Virus record (IMG/VR): IMGVR_UViG_3300047388_000185 | Span: 64,738-128,737 of that record | DNA length: 64,000 nt | Strand: one strand, 5' to 3' | From: a virus | Taxonomy: Duplodnaviria > Heunggongvirae > Uroviricota > Caudoviricetes | Part shown: piece by piece, positions 35,785 to 45,561 of the stretch | Position numbering within the stretch: the first letter of the stretch is position 1 | Layout: each line of letters starts with the position of its first letter | Made by a program: the position numbers and the translations under genes | The notes under the pieces: generated by a model | Databases searched by the model: none | What the model saw: the letters and a program-made list of their open reading frames with translations, nothing else | What the model was told of the DNA's origin: nothing

Positions 35785-37875
35785 ATGAACCAAGAAAACA
35801 TCATCGACGGTCAGCCCGTCTCGAAGCTGAAGAAGCTGTGGGCCAACCCGAACGTCAAGTTGGCGGCCTCGGTCGGCATCACGCTGTTGGAAGTCGTCGG
35901 CGCCGCCATCATCGGCTACAAGCTCGGACAGAGCAAGGGCAAGAAGCAAGGTGAAGTCGTCGGCTATGCCAGCGCCCTGGGCGATATCGGCGTGACTCCG
36001 GCCGAAGTTCCGACGTTGGCCTCGGCCTGGCAAGAAAGCCGCGCTGCGGCCAACGAAGCCCTGGCGGAAGCGCAAGTCGCTGCCTGACCGTCCGACCGCA
36101 AGGTCAAACCAACTTGAGCCTAACCGCTTGAGTTGGTCCTCGTTCTTTCGAAGTATCCGAAGACTTTACCCTAACCCTCCATAGGAGAATTACCGTGAAT
36201 CTGCAACAAGCGCAAGCCCGTACTCTCGAACTGCGTGCCAAGCTCCACAACGGCGAAACCCTGAACGCCGACGAGCAGACTGAACTGGCGACTGCCAACG
36301 GCATCATCGCTGGCGCGGCCGAACAGATGAGCCAAACCCGGCCCACCATGGAACAGGCCAAGAAGTACCTCGAAGGCAAGGGCGTCCTCTCGAGCTCGTC
36401 GATCTTCTCCAACCCGACCGTCGTCCTCGCCGGCAAGGTCATCGGCGTGCTGGCCATCGCGGGCCTTTCGGCCTTCGGCGGCATGAAGTACGAGCAGCGT
36501 CGTCAAAGTCGCGGCCGCAGCTCGAGCCGTTCGACCGACATGCTGAGCATCGAGCACAGCAACAGCCCGCAGTCGCATCCCGCGACGAGTTCGGACGATG
36601 GCCGTCTGGCTGCCAACCGCGCGGACAATGTCGTCGCCCATCCGACGGCCTCCCGCCGTGCCGCAGCTTCGGCCTGAGTAGGAGCCGGCGATGTGGCCAC
36701 CCTACTATGATGAGTGGTGGGTGACCCATTACTCGTTCTACCGAGAAGTCGCGCACTGCTGGGAAGCACTGCGCTCTTCATTGTCCAACCGCGTCCTGAG
36801 GAGAATATTCCATGAGCAAGTTCGCAGATTGGTACAACGGGCTCAGTCCCACGCAGCACCTCATGCTGCAGGTGGTTGCAACCTTGACCATCGCCACCCT
36901 TTCCGCTTTCGCGCATCAGCGAATCGGATACAGGCGCGGCTACAAGCAAGGTGCGATTGACGCACAAAATCCTGTGAGTCAAGCACAGTTGGAAGCCGAG
37001 AACGCCCGGGGACACCGTAAGGGATACCTGGCCGGAGTCTGGGCAAACGAAGACGCCATCATGGCCAAGCAGATGTACACCCAGGGAATCCTGGATGGCT
37101 CTCAAGCCTGGATGGACGCAGGGTTGCGTACGCAAGACATCATCCGTCAAGCGTCACAGACCAGCGCAAGCCTGAGCGGGGCTTAAACCCGTTCCACCCC
37201 CCAGTACCCGACGGGGTACCAGGGCCGCCAATTTAAGTTGGCTTTTTCCCGGCCGAGGAGAAGTGTGTAATGACAATAAGGTCGCCCAAAGACTGGAAAG
37301 AACAGTTGGGGCAAGCTAAGAAAACACAAAGAGAGAGAGCGAGGGAAGAGGCGGATGCGGCTTTCGGAGAGCCAATTCCAATTCAAGGACTGTTTGTCCA
37401 CGGCCCGCAAGCAAATGATGATGAGTCCGGTGATACAAACCCAGCTTATCAGGAAGAAGAGTCTGTCATGACACCATCGGTACCCGTCGTAGTTCAGCCG
37501 GCACCGCCGATAGTGGCACAGGCGTCAGGACAAAACGTGATGGTATCTTCAACGATACCTATCGCGGATCCGGTCAATCAGCAATTCCGCCCTCGGGCGC
37601 CGATGGATGACCGAAGAAGCCAAGCTCCGAAAGTGGACAATAGTGGGTGCATCCCTGTACCCCCAGTTCCACTCAACCATGAGCAGCAGGAAATGGTCGC
37701 AATGATCTACATCGCAGAGCAGTACTACGCTGCGATGGAACGTCGGAGAGAGCGTCGATTGATGTTCTTCAATCAATGGGCGACTTTGATAATCAGCGTG
37801 TTGGGTATCGTCGGTGGTGGCCTTGCCATTCGAAACGGCCTGAATGCTGCAACAGAACGAGATGTACGTCGTTGA
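35785..37875 (+). CDS. Four single-pass membrane proteins (35785-36087, 36195-36677, 36812-37186, 37270-37875)
   Basis: Each has a strong SD and one hydrophobic helix followed by Gly/basic residues; the first three have GC-rich third codon positions. Confidence 0.65.
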
Positions 37876-37978
37876 ATGATTGACCGGAGAAATAAGTTGC
37901 ATAGTGTCTGTGGTAGGACTATACTGTGCATACTTGTTTCTCCGTTCATCTGTATTCTACTTTATCCTTTAAAGCCAT

Positions 37979-39217
37979 ATGTCTGCTCTTGATTTAACTT
38001 TAGCCAATCCTAAAATCAAAGCCTTTTTCGAAGGCACGAGCAAGCATAAGCCGATTGCAGAGTTCATGTACGTGCACACACACCCTAAAACAACGAACTT
38101 CATGTCTCAAATCGAAGTTCTAATAAATACCACAGCGCAGTATATTCAGGAAAATCCCAAGAAGGTCGGAGCTGCTCATAAACTCTTGGCTCTTGCAGAA
38201 CAATACTCTGAACAGATCTCAGATGTCAATGAACAGTCTGCAGCAAAGATGCTAGATGTTCTCAAAGACATTTATGATGTTTGTATGCGCTATAAAACCA
38301 CCCATACCCTTGAAACGAAATGAAATTCAAGTATAAAAACGATACTATTGAAGTTAATATCCGGCTCTGGATCCTAGCGGCACTTTTCCGTATCATCGAT
38401 ACTCCAATATATCATAGTGTGAACTATGAATACGATTTCTTTAGCTTTTCATCTTATTGGCAAGAAGTTGGTAAACGTAACGCCTTAGTCCAATTCATCA
38501 CCAGTAGAGTACCTGGTAAGTATGGCCCCAAGTATTACACCTTAGATGAAGTGGTTCAGCGCATCGCCAAGTTGGACCTCGGTGAGAATCCTGGAGTTGT
38601 TATTTCAAACATTGACCAATCTAAGATCAACAGATTGATGCACATGTTTGCCGGGGTTCTACCTCACGTATTTCTACGCGGAGAAATCATCGTATTCCCG
38701 GCGACCAATAAGGAAGCGGCGTATAAGTTAACTCAAGCTATCCCACACTCTATTGCAGATGTCGTCGCTTTTGCAGATGGACACGTGTACTGTAACAATC
38801 AAAACAATGAGGCTTAATCATATGCACGGTTTTTTGATTCACACCACTGATAATACATTGTTAGTTCGAAACTACGAATATCTAAAGTACGATAACCCAG
38901 GTTGGTGGCAAGATAACATCAATGTCGTTTCTTCGTTTTGGGAATTCGATAGTGATAAGCCAAATTTAATGCGAGCTATTTTCGAATCCCTTGCCCGCAT
39001 TAGTAAGTCCGGGATGCTATCAGTTAAAGAGGTCAAACTATTTTGCGAATCGATTGGGTACGATCTTGACAAGTTCATGAAAGATAATGCCACGGAAGAG
39101 GCTCGTTTTTCTAAGGTATCCAAGCAGAACTGGGACACAGGCTCGAAAGCTGCTACAGGTGGCTTTGCATCAGAGACTAGCTTCAACCCTCATAACTCTA
39201 AGTCCAGCGGAGACTGA
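37979..39217 (+). CDS. Three hypothetical proteins (37979-38323, 38320-38817, ~38821-39217)
   Basis: Tightly packed AT-richer ORFs preceding the SNF2 gene. Confidence 0.65.
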
Positions 39218-40984
39218 GTGAGGATTTGCTTTTCACAGGACAAGAAGTACCTTGTGTTTGCGCACGAGGATATCTTCGAATACCAAGCTCTAGGCCGATT
39301 TCCGGCCTTTATAAAACAAAGCGGGTACCATGTATGCCCAGCTGTCCTTTCTATTGCATATTCGGTTGCATCTCGCATTCAAGAGAAATTCAAGAAGAAG
39401 ATCCGTGTGGACCAAGATGTGGCCGTATGGCTAGAATCGGATTTCAAACTTAAAGAACTTCCTGCAGACTATCACTGGCATACGACTCCGAAGGATTTCC
39501 AAGTTATCGCGTTACGCTATCTCTATACGCTAGGTTCTGGTGGCTTGGCGCTTGATCCTGGGATGGGAAAAAGCAAGGTAGCCTTGGAGTATATCTACCT
39601 TATGAAGTTCAAGCGTTCAGTTGTGGTTTGCCCTGTACCCCTTCTTTTTGTCTGGGAAGATGAGATCAAAATCCATCGTCCAGAGTTGTCATTCCACGTT
39701 GTATCTTCAACAGACTGGGGTGTGGAAGTAGCCGCAGGTATGTTAACCAAGGATGTCATTATTGTCAACTACACCAAGGTTGCTTTGATGAAATACCGAT
39801 TTAAAGAAACGCCAATAGATTTCTTATATTTGGATGAATGCTTGATCAAGGATATCACGACCGATCGTACCAAGACCATGCTTGAGATTGGCGCAGCCAT
39901 TCCGTATAAGTCTTGGGGTTCCGGCACAATCATTAACAACACTCCGTTGGATTTGTACTGTCCGACTCGTTTCGTTCAACCTAGTCTAGTTGGAACAAAC
40001 TATACCCACTTCAAAGATACTTATACGGTTCAAGTCCCGATGAAGGATGAACGAGGCCAGCCGACTAAACGCATGTCGATCGTGGCGTTTAAGGGTCAAA
40101 AAGAGATGAAGTCGATTCTTGAGTCTGCATCTATCGTAATGACTAAGGACGTCTGGCTTAAGCTTCCGTCCAAGACATTCCATGACATCCAGGTTCAGAT
40201 GAGCCCGGTTCAGAAGACAGCCTATTATGAACTCCAGCGAAATCTCTACACAAACATAGACGGCTTCGAAGTTCAAGTCGATAATCCTCTCGTCCGCGCT
40301 GCCAAACTATACCAGATTTCTAATGGGTTTGTATACACCTACCCTGAAGATGAAGAAGAAGTCACTGCGTCGCTACTTTCTTTGGATTACAAGCCTAAGA
40401 AGAAGAACCTAAAAGATAGAACGACGTACTACTTCAAGGATCAACCGAAGCTAGATGCCCTCGAACGAATCCTTACGGAACGTATTTCTGGTCGTAAGGC
40501 AATGATCTGGTTCAATATGGGTGCAGAACGTCAGTTGATTACGGATCGCTTAGATAAGCTTGGTCAGACTTATTTGACAATTGAGGGTGGCGATAAGAAG
40601 ATTGGGGAGAAGGTCCGCCAATTTAATCGAGATCCAAACATTCGTTTCTTAGTCTGTCAGAGCAAGTCCGTGAATTATGGCATTACTATCCTTGGCAGCA
40701 AGAAGAAAGACCTAGAAGAAGCAGGTATAGAAATAATGCCTGGGATAGACCCGTCGGTTCACATTCAGATCTTCTACGCTCTTAGTTATAGCCTCGAAGT
40801 GTACCTACAAATGCAAGATAGAATCCACCGATTGGGTCAGGAACATCCGTGTGAATACTTTCGTTTGTATTCCAACTCTCCGATCGAGAAGCGCATTCTT
40901 CAAGTCCTAGATGATAAACAGTATATAAAAACTTCTATGATGGTTGATGTAGCTGAAACTTTACTCGGCGAGATAGTTGACTAA
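39218..40984 (+). CDS. Second SNF2-family (SF2) helicase/ATPase
   Basis: ALDPGMGKS, VVVCP, YLDEC, SGT, motif VI QMQDRIHRLGQ. Confidence 0.88.
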   Translation: MRICFSQDKKYLVFAHEDIFEYQALGRFPAFIKQSGYHVCPAVLSIAYSVASRIQEKFKKKIRVDQDVAVWLESDFKLKELPADYHWHTTPKDFQVIALRYLYTLGSGGLALDPGMGKSKVALEYIYLMKFKRSVVVCPVPLLFVWEDEIKIHRPELSFHVVSSTDWGVEVAAGMLTKDVIIVNYTKVALMKYRFKETPIDFLYLDECLIKDITTDRTKTMLEIGAAIPYKSWGSGTIINNTPLDLYCPTRFVQPSLVGTNYTHFKDTYTVQVPMKDERGQPTKRMSIVAFKGQKEMKSILESASIVMTKDVWLKLPSKTFHDIQVQMSPVQKTAYYELQRNLYTNIDGFEVQVDNPLVRAAKLYQISNGFVYTYPEDEEEVTASLLSLDYKPKKKNLKDRTTYYFKDQPKLDALERILTERISGRKAMIWFNMGAERQLITDRLDKLGQTYLTIEGGDKKIGEKVRQFNRDPNIRFLVCQSKSVNYGITILGSKKKDLEEAGIEIMPGIDPSVHIQIFYALSYSLEVYLQMQDRIHRLGQEHPCEYFRLYSNSPIEKRILQVLDDKQYIKTSMMVDVAETLLGEIVD

Positions 40985-40988
40985 ACAA

Positions 40989-41018
40989 TTCAATAATTGC
41001 AATACTAAATGGTATAAG
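40989..41018 (+). promoter_or_regulatory. Class I promoter
   Basis: TTCAATAA-N13-TGGTATAAG. Confidence 0.75.
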
Positions 41019-41365
41019 AATGTGCGAAGGAATAGAACAATTCCCTAGCTGGGACAATGAAATGCTTAACAGAACCTGAGAGATTCTGGCTGGCAAATCA
41101 ATCCCGAACCGCTCCCCTCTGGATTCCCAACCTAGAGGGCTGCCACTTTCGAAAGGGGATCTCATGCTCGAGATCAACGCCCCCGTAGACTGTACATTAG
41201 AACAACTCGCTCTTTGTTTGAGATTGAAACCAATGCTATAGGCACCACAAAAAGCATTGGCCCGGCTTCGAGCCGGCCTGCTTTAGCCCTACTCTCGCAA
41301 ATCCAGTTTCTCGCGTAAGTCGACAGCGCTATTTGTCGACATTTTCTCTTACGGAAAGTGCATCC

Positions 41366-42043
41366 ATGAACACCGAAACGAACGATCCCATCAACACCGC
41401 GATCACCCCCACGGCCCTGGCCAAGACGCCTCTGCAACTGGCCATCGCCAAGCTCATCGGCTTCGACATCATCATGGTCGTCGACGCCTCGGGCTCGATG
41501 GGCGGCGCCAACAAGGAAGGCTCCTCCGTCACGCGCTGGGACTACATGCAGGAAACGGCCATCGCCTTCGCCCGTGACGCCGCCGCCATCGACGAGGACG
41601 GCTTCGGCTTGGTGGTCTTCTCGGGCAACGGCATTACCTCGCACGACAACTGCAAGGTCGACGACGTCACCAAGATCTTCAAGGAACGCACCCCGCGCGG
41701 CACCACGCCGCTGGCCGAAGCCCTGACCGCTGCCCTCAAGCTCGGCGAGGCCTCGACCAAGAAGAAGATGATCGTGGTCTACACCGACGGCGTGCCTGAC
41801 GACGACAAGGCGGCGGCCAAGGTCATCATCGACCAGGCCAACAAGCAGGCCACGGACGAAGAACTGACGTTCCTGTTCGTCCAGGTCGGCACCGACACGG
41901 GCGCCACGGCCTACCTGAAGTCGCTCGACGACGACCTGACCAAGGCCGGCGCCAAGTTCGACATCGTCGACACCAAGACGATCGAAGAAGCCGACAAGTT
42001 CAACAGCACCGTCGAACTCCTGGCCAACGCCATCGACGACTGA
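41366..42043 (+). CDS. vWA (MIDAS) domain protein, Ter-cluster type
   Basis: VVDASGSMG (DxSxS), GTTPLAEAL, VYTDGVPDD, LFVQVG, FDIVDT; start moved to ATG 41366. Confidence 0.85.
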   Translation: MNTETNDPINTAITPTALAKTPLQLAIAKLIGFDIIMVVDASGSMGGANKEGSSVTRWDYMQETAIAFARDAAAIDEDGFGLVVFSGNGITSHDNCKVDDVTKIFKERTPRGTTPLAEALTAALKLGEASTKKKMIVVYTDGVPDDDKAAAKVIIDQANKQATDEELTFLFVQVGTDTGATAYLKSLDDDLTKAGAKFDIVDTKTIEEADKFNSTVELLANAIDD

Positions 42044-42104
42044 TCTCTCGACGCCGGCCGCGCTACCTGCTGACCTTCGGGTTGGCGGTAGTGAGCCATG
42101 AACT

Positions 42105-42130
42105 GGGGGCCTAAAAAGCCCCCTTTTCTT
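42105..42130 (+). terminator. Intrinsic terminator
   Basis: GGGGGC-CTAAAAA-GCCCCC-TTTTCTT. Confidence 0.65.
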
Positions 42131-42159
42131 ATCTAACTACAACTCCAATGGACTAACCC

Positions 42160-42834
42160 ATGCTAGCCCTCTTTCTCCATATTCTGCAAGTCATCGGCAT
42201 CGACATCTTGCTGAGCGGTGACAATGCTGTCGTCATCGCCCTCGCCTGTCGAGGCCTCCCCGAAGCCCAGCGCAAACGCGGCGTCCTCTACGGGGCGAGC
42301 GGAGCGGTGGCACTCCGAATTCTTTTGGTCACGATCTCTGTATGGGTCTTGGCCATCCCCGGCCTCAAACTTTTTGCCGGCTTTCTCCTGATGTACATCG
42401 CCTATAAGCTCATTTCAGAGACGGATGATGGCACTCAAGAAGACAACGTCAAGGCTTCGGACAAGCTTTGGACCGCAGTCAAGACTGTCATCGTCGCCGA
42501 CTTAGCCATGAGCATCGATAATGTTGCAGCTGTCGCTGGTGTTGCCGAGTCCTCGGGCCCATGGCACTTCCCTGTCATGGCCATTGGCTTGCTAGTCTCC
42601 ATTCCCTGCGTCATCTGGGGCAGTCAACTCGTGATGAAGCTGATGGACAAGTTTCCTTGGATCATCTCACTTGGCGGCATCATGCTTGGCTGGGTAGCGG
42701 GAGGAATGATCGCGGATGATCGATTTGTATCCCCCGAGTCGACACCCCCTTCACATTACCTGGCAATCCTCGGGGCCGTGGTCATCACAAGCAATGTTCT
42801 ATTTCGTAAGCTTCAGCGAGACGCTGGGGTTTAA
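42160..42834 (+). CDS. terC: TerC/YjbE-family integral membrane protein
   Basis: IDILLSGDNAVVIALACRGLP, GAVALRI, VIVADLAMSIDNVAAVAG, GLLVSIP; multiple TM helices. Confidence 0.9.
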   Translation: MLALFLHILQVIGIDILLSGDNAVVIALACRGLPEAQRKRGVLYGASGAVALRILLVTISVWVLAIPGLKLFAGFLLMYIAYKLISETDDGTQEDNVKASDKLWTAVKTVIVADLAMSIDNVAAVAGVAESSGPWHFPVMAIGLLVSIPCVIWGSQLVMKLMDKFPWIISLGGIMLGWVAGGMIADDRFVSPESTPPSHYLAILGAVVITSNVLFRKLQRDAGV

Positions 42835-42859
42835 ACCAACTTCTGAAAGAAGGTTTCTA

Positions 42860-44986
42860 ATGGAATTCAAACACCTCCGCGACGCTGTCAATGTTCAGCT
42901 CTCTCGCCTGCTCAAGAACTCCGTCTTCAAGGTCGCCTTCCCCACGGGCCCGGATGGCGCGCATCTTGACCAGCTCTACAACTTGTACCTGGACAGCTTC
43001 CCGCCCGGCACCAACGAGGTCTATCGCAAGGCACGGGAATACGAGTGCTCCTGCTGCCGCAGCTTCATCCGTGCAGTGGGTGGCATGGTTGCTGTCATCG
43101 ACGGCAAGCTGGAAACCGTCTGGGACGTCCGGATCCCGAAGGAGAAGAACTTCGAACCGGTGGCGGACGCCATGTCAGCCTACATCCGTTCGCTTCCGAT
43201 CGACAACGTCTTCACGCACTTTCAGGCGGCCGTTGGCCAAGAGAAGAGCTTCGAGACGGTCATCGACGGTGACAAGAAGGACGTCCGTCAATGGAACCAC
43301 TTCTCGGCCATGCTGCCGACCTCGCTGGTCATGAAGGAGGCTGGCCCGTACTTGTCTGACAAGCGTGCGACCCACGACGTGTTCCTGCGTGGGATGAACG
43401 AGATCACCTTGGAGGCCATTGACGAAGTAGGGGATCTGATCGCCACCAAGGGCATCTACAAGCACGCTGAGACCAAGGGGCCACTGGAGCTGTATCGCAA
43501 GGAGAAGGTGGCGTTTAGCGCATTGACAACCCCGCTTCAGCAAGATCTCTTCGCCTGGACTCGTTCCCAGACCCTGAGCCCGGCAATTTCGCGCCTCGGC
43601 AACACCTCGTTCGGCGAACTGCTCTACGCCCTGTCCGAAGGCAAGGACCTGGACGTGGCCGTCAAGGCTTACGAGAAGATGGTGGCACCGGAGAACTACA
43701 AGCGTACCACCGCCCTCGTGACTCCGAAGCAGATCACTGCCGCCAAGGAGAAGGTTGCTGAGCTGAACTTGACCTCAGCTCTCAGCCGGCGCTTCGCCAC
43801 GCTCCAAGACATCACCATCAACAACATCTTGTTCGTGGATCGTTCGGCCAAACCGAAACTGGCCGAGGCCAATCCCTTCGACGATCTGGCTGCGACCGTT
43901 TCTTCGAAGGTCAAGGTCTCCGACAAGATCGACGAGGTGACCATCGAGCACTTCATCGCCGAAGTCTTGCCGCGAGTCGAGTCATTGGAGGTCTTGGTCG
44001 AGAATCGCCATGCCAATAACTTCGTGAGCCTCATCGCTCCTGACGACGCCACGGCAGGAGATCTCTTCAAGTGGCCGAACAAGTTCAGCTGGTCCTATGC
44101 AGGGGACTTGGCTGACTCGTCCATGCGTGCGACAGTACAGGCTCGTGGAGGCCGTGTTGACGGAGTCTTCCGTTTCACCCATCAGTGGAACTACGACAAG
44201 CGCAACGCTTCCCTCATGGACTTGCATGTGTTCATGCCGGGCAACACGTCCATCTCGTCCGAGAACTTCGGCCCCAACCGGCACTACGGCAATAATGAGC
44301 GAGTCGGCTGGAACAACCGGAACCACAAGGCTTCGGGCGGCGTCCAGGATGTGGACTACACGAATGAAGCACCCGAAGGCTACGTGCCGGTCGAAAACAT
44401 CACGTTTCCATCCCTAGCCCGCATGCCTGAAGGCCACTACATCTGCAAGATCCACAACTGGAACTTCCGGGCGCCAACGGAAGGCGGCTTCAAGGCTGAA
44501 ATCGAATTCGAGAACACCGTTTTCGAGTACGAGTATGCCAAGCCCGTGAAGCAGGACGAATGGGTTACCGTCGCCGAAGTCACCCTGAAGAAGGGTAAGT
44601 TCGACATCAAGCATCACCTCCCGACCGGTGCAGCTGTCGCAACGAACTGGGGCCTGCCGAGCCAGACCTTCCACAAGGTCAACGTGCTCATACTGTCCCC
44701 GAACCACTGGGACGACAAGGCCATCGGAAACAAGCACTTCTTCTTCATGCTGCAAGGCGCCGTCAACGATGGCAAGGCTCGTGGGTTCTACAACGAGTTC
44801 TTGCGCGAAGACCTGAACGAGCATCGCAAGGTGTTCGAGATGGTCGGCTCGAAGATGCGTTTCGACGGTGCCGAAGCCCATGAGCAGTTGAGCGGCCTCG
44901 GCTTCTCCTCAACCCAGAAGAACTCCGTCACGCTCCGTGTCAAGGGGCAATTCACCCGGACCCTCAAGGTCAACTTCAACGCCTGA
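42860..44986 (+). CDS. Large protein with a TerD-like beta-sandwich region
   Basis: Start moved to ATG 42860. MDLHVFMP...VQDVDY...VPVENITF...GHYICKIHNW resembles TerD-like domains; CSCCRSF motif in the N-terminal part. Confidence 0.55.
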   Translation: MEFKHLRDAVNVQLSRLLKNSVFKVAFPTGPDGAHLDQLYNLYLDSFPPGTNEVYRKAREYECSCCRSFIRAVGGMVAVIDGKLETVWDVRIPKEKNFEPVADAMSAYIRSLPIDNVFTHFQAAVGQEKSFETVIDGDKKDVRQWNHFSAMLPTSLVMKEAGPYLSDKRATHDVFLRGMNEITLEAIDEVGDLIATKGIYKHAETKGPLELYRKEKVAFSALTTPLQQDLFAWTRSQTLSPAISRLGNTSFGELLYALSEGKDLDVAVKAYEKMVAPENYKRTTALVTPKQITAAKEKVAELNLTSALSRRFATLQDITINNILFVDRSAKPKLAEANPFDDLAATVSSKVKVSDKIDEVTIEHFIAEVLPRVESLEVLVENRHANNFVSLIAPDDATAGDLFKWPNKFSWSYAGDLADSSMRATVQARGGRVDGVFRFTHQWNYDKRNASLMDLHVFMPGNTSISSENFGPNRHYGNNERVGWNNRNHKASGGVQDVDYTNEAPEGYVPVENITFPSLARMPEGHYICKIHNWNFRAPTEGGFKAEIEFENTVFEYEYAKPVKQDEWVTVAEVTLKKGKFDIKHHLPTGAAVATNWGLPSQTFHKVNVLILSPNHWDDKAIGNKHFFFMLQGAVNDGKARGFYNEFLREDLNEHRKVFEMVGSKMRFDGAEAHEQLSGLGFSSTQKNSVTLRVKGQFTRTLKVNFNA

Positions 44987-45010
44987 ACTCAGGCAAATCA
45001 AGGAAAGAAA

Positions 45011-45430
45011 ATGGAAATCAATCTGTTCGAAATCGCCACCCGTCGCCACCTGAAGTTCCCGTCGCCGGCAGGCCTCCTGTCGACCGAGGACCTGTGGACG
45101 CTTCCGCTCGTCGCGTCGAAGGTGAACGTTCCCAATCTGAACGTCATCGCCCAATCGATCAACGCCGAGCTGAAGAAGACCGACGGCGAAGTCGACTTCG
45201 TCAATCCCGGCTCCAGCAAAGGCTCGACCCGTGCGGCCGAACTGGGCTTGATGCTGGATGTGGTCAAGCACATCATCAGCGTGATGGTGGCCGAGCAACA
45301 ACTGGCCAAGACGGCGCTGGACCGCAAGGAGCAGAAGGCTAAGATCATGGCGCTGATCGACAAGAAGCGAGAAGAGAGCCTGTCGAGCAAGTCCGAAGAA
45401 GAGCTGACCAAGCTCCTCCAAGATCTGTAA
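45011..45430 (+). CDS. Hypothetical helical protein
   Basis: MEINLFEIATRRHLKFPS..GLLSTEDLWTLPL; AAGGA SD; follows the TerD-like gene. Confidence 0.75.
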   Translation: MEINLFEIATRRHLKFPSPAGLLSTEDLWTLPLVASKVNVPNLNVIAQSINAELKKTDGEVDFVNPGSSKGSTRAAELGLMLDVVKHIISVMVAEQQLAKTALDRKEQKAKIMALIDKKREESLSSKSEEELTKLLQDL

Positions 45431-45469
45431 AGTGGCGAAACGCTACGCTGTGGCTAAGCGTAGCGTTGG

Positions 45470-45499
45470 AAAGACTGGATTAATCCCCAGTCTTTTTTT
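45470..45499 (+). terminator. Intrinsic terminator
   Basis: AAAGACTGG-loop-CCAGTCTTT-TTTT. Confidence 0.75.
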
Positions 45500-45510
45500 G
45501 CTTTTAGCCA

Positions 45511-45540
45511 TTCAACAATCGTAATAAACCTTGGTATAAG
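45511..45540 (+). promoter_or_regulatory. Class I promoter
   Basis: TTCAACAA-N13-TGGTATAAG. Confidence 0.75.
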
Positions 45541-45561
45541 AAAGTAACAAAGAGATAACTT

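Noticed and set aside
41050-41240. Two short ORFs that could be joined by a -1 shift at A AAG GGG
   Set aside because: G-rich heptamers are weak slippery sites in bacteria, the product is short and unrecognised, and no stimulatory structure was evident.
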